Shown here one piece after another: positions 48,701 through 61,600 of a DNA stretch of 64,000 nt; the stretch's first letter is position 1, and each line of letters starts with the position of its first letter. The position numbers were made by a program, and so were the translations under genes. This DNA is from Camelus dromedarius. Its lineage: Eukaryota. Under the pieces are notes generated by a model. The model saw only the letters and a list, made by a program, of their open reading frames with translations. It did not search any database and was not told where the DNA came from. The DNA lies in assembly GCF_036321535.1 (NCBI RefSeq), contig NC_087436.1, positions 7,998,001-8,062,000 of the forward strand. The letters run 5' to 3'.

Positions 48701-51010
48701 AAAAAAAAATCATGTTCAAGTACTATTCCCAAATATACTGAGTTTTTTTCTTTTATTCTGTAATAATTGTGGATAGTTTTGATGGATTTGCAAATGGTAA
48801 ATAAATCTTTATTTTCTTATTTTTAGATATTACTGGAGTTACTTGGTAATATTTTGCGAGTGATGTTCACATCTATGTTCCCTTTTTCATTTCTTGGAAT
48901 ATTTTCACTTGGCTGAAGTATGATGGTAATATGAGCTTTATAAAAATGACTTAGACAATATTTCCTCTTCCTCTATTTTTCTAAAAGTGTTTGTATAGGA
49001 ATGGTATTAATTCTTCATCAAATCATTTATAGCATTCATCACTGAAGCCATCTGGGCCTGGGGTTTTCTTTGTGGAAATGTTTTAATACAAATAAAATTT
49101 CTTTCAAGACAGAAAGCTATTCAGATTTCTCATTTCTTTTCTTCAGTTAGTTTTGGTTCTTTGTGTCTTTCAAGAACTCTTCTCATCTTAATTGTCAGAT
49201 TTATTGGAATAAATTGTTCATAATATTTTCTTACAATCCTTTTAAAGTATATTGGTCTGTTCTGACATTTTCATTCTATTAGTATCACTTACTTGTATCT
49301 GCTCTCCTTGTATCTTGCTCAGACTAGCTACTGGTCTATCAAGTTTGTTGATTTTATTTTGAAAAATGACTTTTCAGATTACTGATACTTTTATTCCTTT
49401 ATCTATACATTTTCTGCATCACTTACTGATATTATTATCATAAATACTTCTTTTTTTTTCAAAAAATTCTGTGGATAATTTTCCCCATTTTTCCTACTTT
49501 CTAAGGCAGATGCTATGATTATTGGTAAGTATCTTTTCTCTGCTAAGAATTTAAAACTATAATTTTTCCACTAAGCACATATTCAGTTGTATCTCACAGA
49601 TATTGACATATTACATTTTTATTTTTATTCAGTTCAAAATACTTTCTAAATTTCATCATGGATTTCCTTTGAGGAGTGTGCTGTTTAATGTCCAAATGTA
49701 TGAGAATTCTCCAGGTAAATTTATGTTATTGACTTCCAATTTAATTCTACTGGCATCAGAGAGCATAGTCGATATGCTTTTAATTTATTGAGCCTTGTAA
49801 TATTTTATGGTCAAACATATGGTCTATGAGATTGAATATTCCATGTGCAATATAGGGAATGTATATTCTGCTGTTTTGTGTGGCATGCTGATTAAATATC
49901 TATTAGTTCAATTCAATTCATAGAGTTGTTTAAATATTCTGCACACTTACTGATTTTCTACCTACTTGTTCTATCAGTTGATGCGAGAAGGGTATTGAAA
50001 TACTCAACTGTAATCGCCAATTTGTCTGTTTCTTTTTCAGAACTGTTGGTTTTGCTTCATGTATTTAGAACTCAGACACTGAGCACACTTTTAGGATTGC
50101 TGTATCTTCCCATTGAATTATATTTTATCATTACAAATATTTTTTATCTCTAATACTACTTATTCCTCTGAATATACATTATCTGATACCACCACGACCA
50201 CTTCATCTTGTGCTTTGTCCTTCTGTGATAATATTTTCTTTGTTTTATTTTTAACCAATGTATGTATTTATACTTAAAGTGGGTTTCCTATAAACAGCAT
50301 AAAGTGAATAGTTGTCTTATTTATCCAGTCAGGCAAATTCTGTCTTTTAATTGGATTTTTTTGGACAACTTACATTTAATGTAATATTCAATACAACTTT
50401 ATTTAAATCTAACATCTTGCCTTTTGTTTCTTACATACACTAAACATTTTAAATTTCTTTATTTCTATTAATTGGCAATTCTTATTACTGTTTCATCTCT
50501 ACCATTAATGCTTAACTATACTTCCTTTTAATTTTTACTTTGTTCTAGGGTGTATAATCTTTGTCTTTAACTTATCACAGTCTACCACAAAGCATGTCTT
50601 AGCACTTCATCTCGAGTGTAAAACCCTTACAGCAGTATCTTCTGTTTGTGCTTGTGATTCAAATCTCCGTATGTAGTAAGCTGTGCAATACGTTTTGGTT
50701 GGTTTCTTAATTTTTTGCTTTAAGCTGTTGTTTCCATGTTCTGTTCTATGTTTCCATGTAGAAACCCTTTTCTACTTAGTTCTCTTATTTCCTGAACTGT
50801 GGCCCAAGCCTTCCCCTCTGAACCCTTGATCTCCATCTCCTAAACTCAGTGAGACTCCTGTGCCCTGTTTGTGTTCCACTTCTCTGAGTCTTTAGTCCAG
50901 ACATTGCACTGCCTCTTCTCCAAGTTCTAAAAACTGCTATTTTATATATTTAGTTTGGTTTTATAGTCACTTACGGTGAAAGGTTAAATCCATTCTCTGT
51001 TACATCATTA
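45600..51010 (-). mobile_element. Cluster of old L1M fragments (3'UTR and ORF2; at least two elements)
   Basis: T-rich; CCATTTTCCTGTTGATGGGCA, ACTGAAGCCATCTGGGCCTGGGGTTTTCTTTGTGG, GGTATTGAAATACTCAACTGTAAT motifs. Confidence 0.8.
48268..48369 (-). mobile_element. Short camelid-type L1 3' end nested in older L1
   Basis: TTTTATTGAAGCACAGTCAGTTACAGTGTGTCAATTTCTG; TSD CAA(A/G)TTGTTTATTG. Confidence 0.85.
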
Positions 51011-53224
51011 TGAACAGAAGTGAAATTCCATGTCAGTCACTTTCAACTGCAGTGATAAATCTGGCGTAAGATGAGAAGGTAAATTAGAAATACATATTGA
51101 TAAATGCTGAATTTATGGAAGTGATGTGATTCTAAAACTCCAAGTGAAAAATGTATTATTGTTAGTGTTTTGTGTCTTACATCCCAGGTGCTTCGTCCTA
51201 CATTAAGAACAGATTTTAATGATGCTCTCAGAAAGCAGGAGGACACCTGGTACAACAAAACCAGGAAAGAGTGTTCTTGGTAAACAGTGTATCCGCTCAT
51301 CCAGGTCCTAGTTCACCACTGAGGAAAGCTTCACATTTGCCTTATTATATAGCAAGGACGGCAGGCAGAATAGTCAAATGTCTTCAGTTGCTACCAAACA
51401 AAATGTATTTTATTTCCCCCCAAAATGCAAATGTCATGTTAAACTTTGATGGTATATTAGTCTACCTGAGTATTGTACATATATACCACTACAATAGGAA
51501 TTCTATAAGACCAATTAGTTTTTGTTAATTTAACTGCTATGAATAATCAGTGCATAAATAAAAATCTAACATGTAGTGGGCATTCGATATTTATGTTAAT
51601 TGTCTGGAAGTGAAAAATCAGGAGTAACTGTAGCATGGCTTAACTGCAGAATTACATAGTCAAAAGCAACTCTTGCTTCATGATCTACGTACCTTAGATA
51701 GAGGTACACACATAAATTATGATGATATTACATATGAAAATTAAAAACAATCATAACATTGCAATGAGGTCAGTCGCAGAATTTTTGCTTTGCAGGAAAG
51801 CACACATAAACACACGATACTCACTTTATATATGTTGGTAGTCTTTGCCTAATCACTGTTTTTCAAGCCTTAGTCTATCCACACGAAGTTCTCTATTACT
51901 GAAAAATCCTTGTTGTTAGTTGATTACATTTGATGACATGTGAAAGGCAATCTTCATTCAGTTCTTTTCGCCTGTACCTCTTCCAGGAAAAAAAAAAAAA
52001 AAAAAAAAAGAAACAATCTAGGAAAATTAACAAATCAAACTCAATGATCAATCCAGTTCAATTATTCTTTTTAATAGTCTGGAACAATGTTTTCTGCCAC
52101 ATCTTTCACATGAAAAAGATAACAGGAAAAGGAAATTGAACCTGACAATTCCACTTTCGTGGCAATTACTAAGTGAGAAAAATGTTGCATATAAAATGTT
52201 TCATTCTTATTAGAAATTGAGTCTGAGTCTCTAATGTCAGTTCCTTTTCTGAAGTTAAACATTAGGTGATCTCAGAGATAAAATAAAAAATTCTTACAAA
52301 TTATTTGGCATTGCCTGAAATACTGTGTAAAATGATTTCTTTAATGCACTATATCAAGAAAAAACTAAATTCTATTAGTACACATATAATTATTGGTATT
52401 GAGAGAACAAAGAGCAAACCAAATCAACAATGCTAACTTCTATAATGACATTTTTCTTAATTTGTTTATTTTACTCACGATAGTTTCATAAAAGTGAAAG
52501 AGATTCGAAAATTTATAAAAACCATTAAGTTAACATAATAATATAATCAAGTTACACCAATAAACATTCTATTTTATCAAGATTCTTTACAGATTCAAGC
52601 TTCTAAAATAATATTTGAAACAGATTATACAATGAGGTGCAGACAAAGAAGAAAGTCTAAAGATTTACATTTGTCTCAGTCATTTTAGGTTTAGAAAACT
52701 TAATTTCCCCTCCAAAGTAAATGCAACTAAAATACCTATTTACTGACTACATTTATAGAGACTTCTGATTATGAAACTAGATTTTATTCATCAAGGTGCT
52801 TTAGTGGTTTTGAAAAATATATATATATTATTTAAAGTATAATTGGTAAAATGTACAGAAAAAAGTACAGAATCTATTTTAAAAAGTGTTCAAATTAAAA
52901 GAAAAATAATTAATCCATTTGAAATCATTCTAGTATCTTCCTGGAGTTTTATAATTTTATTTAATTCCCATTTATGGTATATATCTATATTTTGCTAATT
53001 TACTTTCAAACGCTCTTCATCTTTTAGCAGTGAATATTAGAGTATTATTTTCTGTACACTTGGGAAAATCTGATTTTTCTCTAATGTAAATCTTTCTAGA
53101 AATACATGAAAAAGTACATATCCTTAGATTTCCATAGAACTGTCATTACTAAACTTGCACATAAAATTAATCACACTGTTTGAAGACCCCTATGCATTTT
53201 ACCAAGTTCCATAAAATGTTATCC

Positions 53225-53460
53225 ATCTAACAATAAGCTTTTGCATAGCAGAGAAAACCATAAACGAAATGAAAAGACAACCTATGGACTGGGAGAAAAC
53301 AGTTGCAAATGATGAGATAATAGATGTTCACTAAACTTACTGTGGCCATTTCATGATGTAAGTCAAATCATTATGCTGTACACCTTAAACTTATGCAGTG
53401 CTGTATGCCAATTATATGTCAATAGAATTGGAAGAAAAATACCTAAGATAGTAAAAAAAT
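53225..53460 (+). mobile_element. Short L1: ORF2 fragment fused directly to the 3' terminus
   Basis: AAGCTTTTGCATAGCAGAGAAAACCATAAAC..GGGAGAAAA (ORF2) then ATGCTGTACACCTTAAACTTA..CAATTATATGTCAATA (3' end). Confidence 0.75.
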
Positions 53461-54450
53461 TATAAAATGCATATAAGGGAACCATGGAAATAAAGGTAAT
53501 ATTATAAAAAAATAGTGTATTAGTTCTGTGGTAGTGTACTTTATCTACTGGACTGTAGGTATTTGAACTAACATTATGTGAAGTTACTAATTAGCAATAT
53601 TTTTAAAGAATTTAAATGAATAGATGAAAAAAATACTGTCACCATAAAACCGTTGTTATCTTTGCGACCTTGTCTCTACGCAAATATGTTAGTTCTTCAT
53701 AACATTCAAGGTAAAATAGCTGTATTAAACAGATATTGTTATAAAACATCTCTTGAAAGAACCTGTTTAGAATTCTGTAATTAAAGTTTTAAATGATATC
53801 TACTATTAATTACTTGGCTGTAAGTACATGTGTGGAGTTAACAGATGTATTAAGGCATATGTTAGTTTCTCTAAAACAGAGAAGTTTACATTTAATAGAG
53901 TGGAGAACCCTGGGAGCTCATTACAGCATGTTATTTGGATAAACATTTTCTTTTTATAAACAGAAAAGTTAACTTTTGTTTTCTTTATAGTTTATGTGAA
54001 TAGTAGAGATTTTGCTTTTTTCAACTCCAAGGTGCACTCTTCAAAGGGTCGCTTGCCTTTCATGCCGTCTTTGCATTACTTAGGAATAAGTACTTAGCTT
54101 AAAAGTGAGGAAAAAATAACCCAACAATGTGTTTCCTAGATCTAAAGAGAAGCTTAACCTCCTAATATCTGCACACATACTGTTTTTACAGATGAATTTT
54201 GTGGCCCCCTATGTACGCACTGTCATGAAGCCTTCTGCATATTTATGAAATGGTTGTTATTATGGCCTCAACTTACACCCCCGATAGGCAACTTCACACT
54301 CCCCCTTCTCTACCACTGTTACCGGGAAATTAACGGAGCCCTTCAGTCTTGTCATCATCTGACGACTTCCCCTCTTCTCTACCACTAGCCTCAATGTCCT
54401 GCCATGAATTAGAAGTCAAAGACTAGAAGAAACATCAAGAAGTATCATTT

Positions 54451-54773
54451 TTTTAGTATTTTATTTATTTTTAGTCGAAGTATAGTCAGTCTACAATGTT
54501 CTGTCAATTTCTGGTGTACACCATAATATTTTAGTCATATATGTATATAAACATATATTCATTTTCATATTTTTCATTATATGTTACTGCAGAATATTGA
54601 ATATGGTTCCCTTGCTATACAGTAGGAACTTGTTTATTTTACGTAGAGTAGTTAGTGTCTGCAATTCTCAAACTTTCAATTTATCCCTTCCAACCCCTTT
54701 ATCCCCTGGTAACCATGAATTTGTTTTCTGTGTCTGTGAGTCTCTTTCTGTTTCGTAAATAAGTTCATTTGTG
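54451..54773 (-). mobile_element. Artiodactyl/camelid L1 3' end
   Basis: TCAATTTCTGGTGTACA..CCCCTGGTAACCAT..TTTGTTTTCTGTGTCTGTGAGTCT; TSD TCAAGA(A/G)GTAT(C/T)ATTT. Confidence 0.9.
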
Positions 54774-57700
54774 TCAAGAGGTATTATTTAAAATATTTTA
54801 TTTTCCAATAGGCATACGGTAAAGGTCCTTTTCCTTTCCTTTTTAACCTGCAATCCTCAATTTTGCAAGTTCTTATAATAAGAGCTACATTTAGAGAAAC
54901 CACTGTTGTCCTTCGATAAAATGCATTGGGTTAAATTTTCCTAATTCTAATTGTAACACACTTGTGAAAAATCAAATTGTTATTTGCAGACAATGCCATT
55001 GCCAGAGTTCATAGTGAGGGTGTCAAAAATGTGATACATGCGTTGATGAACTTGTTTGCAAAACTACTCAGAATGGTTGTCAGGTATTTTATAGTTACTT
55101 TGTTTTCATGTAGCTACAGCTGCTTGCACAAATCAGCATAAATCAGCTGTCCTCCATACCAGGCTATCATCATATAAACAGGGTGTATAAAACTGAAGAT
55201 GATGGAAGTATAACACTAAAAGATAAATTGCATTCAATTAAGTATTTTAAGGCATCATTTTATAGTGTCTGTAAAGTTCTATTCAAACTTGTACCTGTTC
55301 TGTGCCTTGGGGATTACCTGTCCTATGGGTGGTAAAAATTTCATTTCCTGTGAAGCCAGGAACCCTCACAATGTTTGGAATCATGAAGAAAGAGGGCTAT
55401 CCCAAATCTTTCAATACTGCTGGTGAAACCTTTGGGAAAACAGCTGCTGGGTACTTGATTTCAAGTCTCAGAGTAGACCAGGTGATGAGGACAACAAAAA
55501 GAAAAATGTTCACTGAGACAAAAGAAGAAATCCAAAAGGCAGTCATGAAGTATTATAAGATATTTTGATAAGAAAAGTTTCCTTGGCTTTTGTCTGTTTA
55601 ACGATTATGTAGGCTCTCAGTATTTGTTTTGAATGTAAATAATGAGATTTGTCTGTTTCAATTAATGAATATTATTATGTCTCATATATAGAATCTATAT
55701 AAGTAAAAAAAAAAAAAAGGCAAATAGAAATTGTGCACTAGAAATACCCAAATTTAAATAAAAATTCTCCCACTGAAACTAGTGCTTCTCATGATGAGGA
55801 GAATTTTCCTGGAAAATATGCACTAAAAAAAGAAAATAATTTAAAGAGTACTAATAATTTATGAACAAATATTGCTGATATTCTTGGTTGTGGGCCTGTT
55901 AAAAATAAGTCTAAATCTAAATATCAGAAATGTAAAAACAGATTAACTCTAGTCCAAATTCAATTAATTACACTAGAACAAAATGCACATTTTTTTTTTT
56001 TTAAAAAAGATAAACCTTCAAAATTAAATTGAATAAGATTACTTTGTTTCACTGCTGTAACTTAAGTTTTTGGGTGCAATGCTTGTGTCATATCCTTACA
56101 AAGCTGTTTTCCCATCAGTTGCTATAATAAAAAACAAGTGCCATGAGAAGCAATGTGGAACAAGAAATAAGGGTGTCCGTGTCTAACTGGATTCTAATGT
56201 TCGCCAAATAAATGCTAAGTTGTGAGGGTGTAAATACTTAAGTTGCATAGGCATCACAACATAAGGCGGGAACGACTATATATAATGTATAAATGCATAA
56301 TCTATACATATATAATGCATGCATAATATATGCGTAATAATAAAACTATGAGATACTTATTTTGGCTTAGGAAATCCAAGAAAAAAATTACCATGATACT
56401 AAGAAGCTCTGGGCCATAAAGTTCTGAGAAAACTGCAACTAGATTAATTCTCTTCCTGGATGCTACCACCAACTGACTTTGAGTCATCCTGGCTGGCCAT
56501 TGGTTCAGAAGGATTTCTAATTGCCTGATGCTGTGAGAAATCCCATAATCCTATCTCTGCTGTGTTGTTTTCTGTCTCTAGTGAAACTTAAACTCCAGGT
56601 ATGGTCAGGGTATCCAAAAGACCAGAGAGCTGGGACTTTATCAAGTCAGAGGAGATGTTGTATGAACGTGTCTGTTCTTGGCTAAGGACTGTGTAATAAA
56701 CATCATGGTTTCCTGAGTGTTAAGTGTGTTCAAGTAAGTGTGCAGCATCTGATTAGCCTTCAGAAAACAGCTAAGACATTTCTTCCATAAGTAACAAGCT
56801 TCCTTTATTACGCATCTCATAGAACAGTGCACTGTCTACATTTAGTAATTATACGAATGGGAATTTTATGAACTTAGTAGCTGGTATCAGAATTCCTTTG
56901 AGAAATGAAATTCTCTGCAGGAAAACTTTATGAGCTTAGATTGTTGTCAGCAGTCTTGCTCATAAATTAATGATTTTGCACCTAGAAATACAGGAATAAT
57001 TTTTTTTTTCTGTGATGGAAGGAGAAAGATAAGAGGAAAGGGGAATTGATGAGTATATAAAATGGGGTAAAGAACAAAATTCATATGTTTGGTTCTGAAT
57101 AAAATGTAACTGAAGTGGTCCATACGTGTTCATGGTGTGGAGAATCTAACATGTGTCTTAAGAATGATAATGCCTAAGTATTTGCACAAGTGTGATCTAC
57201 AAGTTTTCTACACATTCACAGATATTGAATCAATTCTAACTTATGTGTGCTCTAAAAATGTTGGGTGTGTCTTCTCTTTATTTCTCTGTATTTATTGCAG
57301 TTATTGAGGAAGGGAAAGCCTTTTGTTTCATGCATAAGATGCTGAAACATGAGTCCAGATATAGAAAGGACAATTATATATATAATATGTATATATAATA
57401 CAGTATGGAATCATTGTAGTTTTGAATTCAGAGAATTAATTTGATATTTGACACTTAATAACTTAGTAAGTTACATAAGACATCACAACATAATACTGGA
57501 TTATATATACATAATAATGAAACTATTAAATTAAATGAATATTGCATGCTGTTGGTATTCTTCTGGAGAAGCCAAGCCCTCAGTTGCCGTATTTTCCAGG
57601 ATACATTATTATTTATAGACCTGTTAGAGTACAACAATGTAAGCCAATTTCTCATATTTAAAATACAGTGAAAGGCTCGGGTAGTCATGACTATGATTTA

Positions 57701-58698
57701 TTAATCACTACATCTCTAATTAATGCAGTGCCTGACATCAGTGGGTTCTTTATCAACATTAGTTAATTGAAATGAACTGGAGGGGAAAAAAGGAAGTGAT
57801 CATTCCCACTAACTGGCCTTCAACTTCCGTCCCATTTCTCATAGTTTATGGGATAGTCATTGTTCTCTAATTATTATGGGTCCATATGATTTAATCCATA
57901 AAAAGACATTCCAAAAATTTTAAATGAAGAATGGTATATGTTCTGCAATATATTTTAAAAAGTAATCTATGTATCAGAAGAGTAATTTGAAATTAAGTCA
58001 CTTAAAATCATCTTCGGGCATGAGGAATTTTCATTAATAATGGTGAATTTAACTTTTTCTAAATTAGTATTGATTTTTAGAAATGGAGGAATGTATTTTC
58101 TGTTGCAAATTTATAGCATTAAGTAACAAACATTACTATAAATGGCATAATGCTAAACTCTGAAAATTCTTAGCTGTAAACAATGTTTCTCTCCAGATCT
58201 GCATGTGACTATGTCAAATCCCGCAAAGGAAATATCTCCTGAAAAAGAATTAAACATTAAGTTTTGAATAAAAGATAATGTGTGTCAAATTAGTTATTTC
58301 AAGAGTACCACTTTTTGACTTGTACTGTTTAATTTTTTACATACATAAAATTCCAATTAAGATGAATAAGATGACTTCTATATATTTTTCTAAGATTTAT
58401 GCTTATGTATGCTTTATATGAAATGTCTAAAGGGTCACTTTTCAAGTAAAAGAAACTTCACAATTTGAGTATAAAGGATAAAATACCACAATACATTTAG
58501 ATACTGATTATGAAAAACAGAAACATGTTTTTGAATTTCCTCAGCTTTAGTATCACAAAACATGTTAAAATAAAATACTAAACAAGTTAAAAGTTTTAGT
58601 TCTTTCCTGGGATTTTGTAAAGTGTTGAAAGATTAGATTTTTGTTTTTGATTATGTCTATAATTTTTACTTTCAACACTGTTTATGAATAGTCTAAAT

Positions 58699-61600
58699 TG
58701 GATTGGCAAACCCTTTTTATTAATTTATTAATAATAAATTAATAATTTATTAATATTTCAGGTGAACAGTAGTATAATTTGACATCTGTTCCCACTACAA
58801 ACTGGTCACCACCACAGGTCTGGGTATCATCCATCATCATACGGTTGACTTCCTTTCGCCCATTTTTGCCCACCTCCCAACTTCATTCCCCCCTGGTACC
58901 ACTAATCCAATCTCTGTATCTCTGAGTTTTCTTTTGTTTATTTTGTTTGTTTTTTAGATTCCACTTCTAAATGAAATCATATGGTATTTGTCTTTCTTCC
59001 TCTGACATTTCACTTAACATAATATCTTCAAGGTCCAGCCATGTTGTCACAAATGGCAAGATTTCATTATTTTTTTTTAATAACAGGATGATATTACATT
59101 GTGTATATACACCACATCTTATTTATCCAGGCATTCATCTACAGATACTTAGATTGTTTCCGTATCTTGGCTATTGCAAATTATGCTGCAATGAACATAG
59201 GAGTGCATATATCTTTCTAAATTAGTATTTTTGTGTTCTTTGGATAATACTCAGAAGTGGAATAGATGGGTTATAGTAGTTCTATTCTTAATTTGTTGAG
59301 GAACCTCCATACTGTCTTCCATACTGGCTGCACCAATTCGCATTCCCACCAGCAGTGTACAAAAGTTTCTCTTTCTTCACATCCTTTCCAACATTTGCTA
59401 TTTCTTGTCTTTTCAATAACAGCCATTCTACCAGGTACGAGGTGATATCTCTTTGTGGTTTTGACTTGCATTTCCCTAATAATTTGTGCCCTTGGACATT
59501 TTTTCACCTGTCTGTTGTCCATTTGTATGTCTTCTTTGGAAAAATAAAGTCTATTCACATACTGTGCCCAGTTTTTAATTGAATTGATTTTTGTTGTTTC
59601 TGAGTTGTGTGAGTTCTTTATGTATGTTGAATATTAACACCTTATGAGATACGGAATTTGTAAATATCTTCTCCCACTCAGTAGGTTGCCTTTTTGTTTT
59701 TGTGATAGTGTCTCTTGCTGTGCAGAAGCTTTTTAGTTTGATGTAGTTCCATTTGTTTATCTTTTTGCTTTGAAGTCAGATCCACAAAAACATTGCTAAT
59801 ATCATTGCGATGTCAGTGAGGTTACTGGAAACATTCGCTTCTAGGAATTTCATGGTTTCAGGTCTTACATTTAAGTCTTTAATTCATTTTGAGTTAATTT
59901 TTGTATAGGGTGTAAGACAGTGGTCTAGTTTTGCTTTTTCATATGTATCTGTCCAATTTTCCCAACACCATTTATTGGAGAGACTGTCCTTTCTCCATTG
60001 AATGTCCTTTGTGCCTTTGTTGTAAATTAATTGCCCATATATTTATGGGTTTATTTCTAGGCTCTCAATTCTGTTCCATTGATTTGTGTGTCTGTTCTTG
60101 TGCCAGTAGCATACTATTTTGATTTTTATAGCTTTGTAGAACAGTTTGAAATCAGGAAGTGTGATACCTCCATTTTTATTCTTCAGAAGCTTTTGTAAAA
60201 AAGATTCAGAATTTTTTTGTGGTACTGTACACATTTTAAAATTATTTGTTTTATTTCTATGAAATTATGTCACAGGAATTTTGATAGGAATTGCATTAAA
60301 TGTGTAGATTGCTTTGGATAATACAGGTATTTTAATAATATGAGTTCTTCCAATCCATAAACATGGACTGTCTTTACATTCGTGTCCTCTTCATTTTCTT
60401 TTATCAGTGTCTTATAGTTTTTAGTGTACAGATCTTTAACCTTGTTGGTTAAATCTATTCTTAGGATTTTTTTTTTTCTTTTTTAAGCCTTGTAAATCAT
60501 GTTTTTTTTTTAATTTCTCTTTCTCATTAATTAATGTATAGGAATACCACAGATTTCTATATACTGATTTTGTATCCTGTGACTTTACTGAATTAATGTA
60601 TTAGTTTCAATAGTTTTTTTTGGTAGTCTTTAGGGTTCTCTCTATATAATACCATGTCATCTGCAAATAGTAACAGTTTTACCTTTCTCTCTGATTTGTA
60701 TGTCTTTTATTTCTTTTTCTTGCCAAGTCGCTGTGGCTAGGGATTACAATGCTATGTTGAATAAAAGTAGTAAGAGTAGGCATCCTTATCTTATTCTGAA
60801 TCTTAAAAGATATAATTTCAAATTTTTACCTTTGAGCATGGAGTTAGTTGTGAGTTTGTCATATATGGCCTTTGTTATGTTGAGATATATTCTTTCTATA
60901 CCCACTTTGTTGAGAGTTTGTTATCATAAATGAATGTTGAATTTTGTCAAATGCTTTCCCTGTATCTATTAAGATGATCATATAATTTTTATCCTTTATT
61001 TTGTTAATATGGTATATCATATTAATTGATTTGCAGATGTTGAACCATCTTAACATTTCTGTAATAAATCTTACTTGATTGTGGTGTTTGATCCATTTAA
61101 TATATTGTTGGTTTCAGTTCACTAACACTTTGTCAAAGATTTTATGTTGATCAAGGGTATTGGCCTATAATTTTCTTTTTTTTTTTTTTTTTTGTGGTGT
61201 CTTGTCTGGTTGTGGTATCAGGGTAATGCTGGTTTTGTAAAATGTGTTTGTAAGATTTCCCACCCCTTCAATTTTTTGGAAGAGTTTGAGAAAGATAGGT
61301 ATTGAATCTTCTTTGAATATTTGGTAGAATTCACCAGTGAAGCCATCTGGTCCTGACCTTTTGTTGGGAGATTTTTGGTTACTTTTTCAATCTCCTCACT
61401 AGTAATCAGTATATTCAGATTTTTCTCTTTCTTCGTGATTCAGTCTTGGACTTTGGTTTGTTCTTTTTCTATTTCCTTTAGATTTAAAGTTACGTTCTTT
61501 ATTTGAAAATTTTATGTTTCTTCAGATGTGCCTGTATTGTTATGAACTTCCCTCTTAGAACCATTTTTGCCACATCTCATAGGTTTTGGTATGTTGTATT

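Noticed and set aside
55302..55568. 88-aa ORF with protein-like composition
   Set aside because: Non-ATG start, no recognised homology, and no clear acceptor/donor pair or polyA tail.
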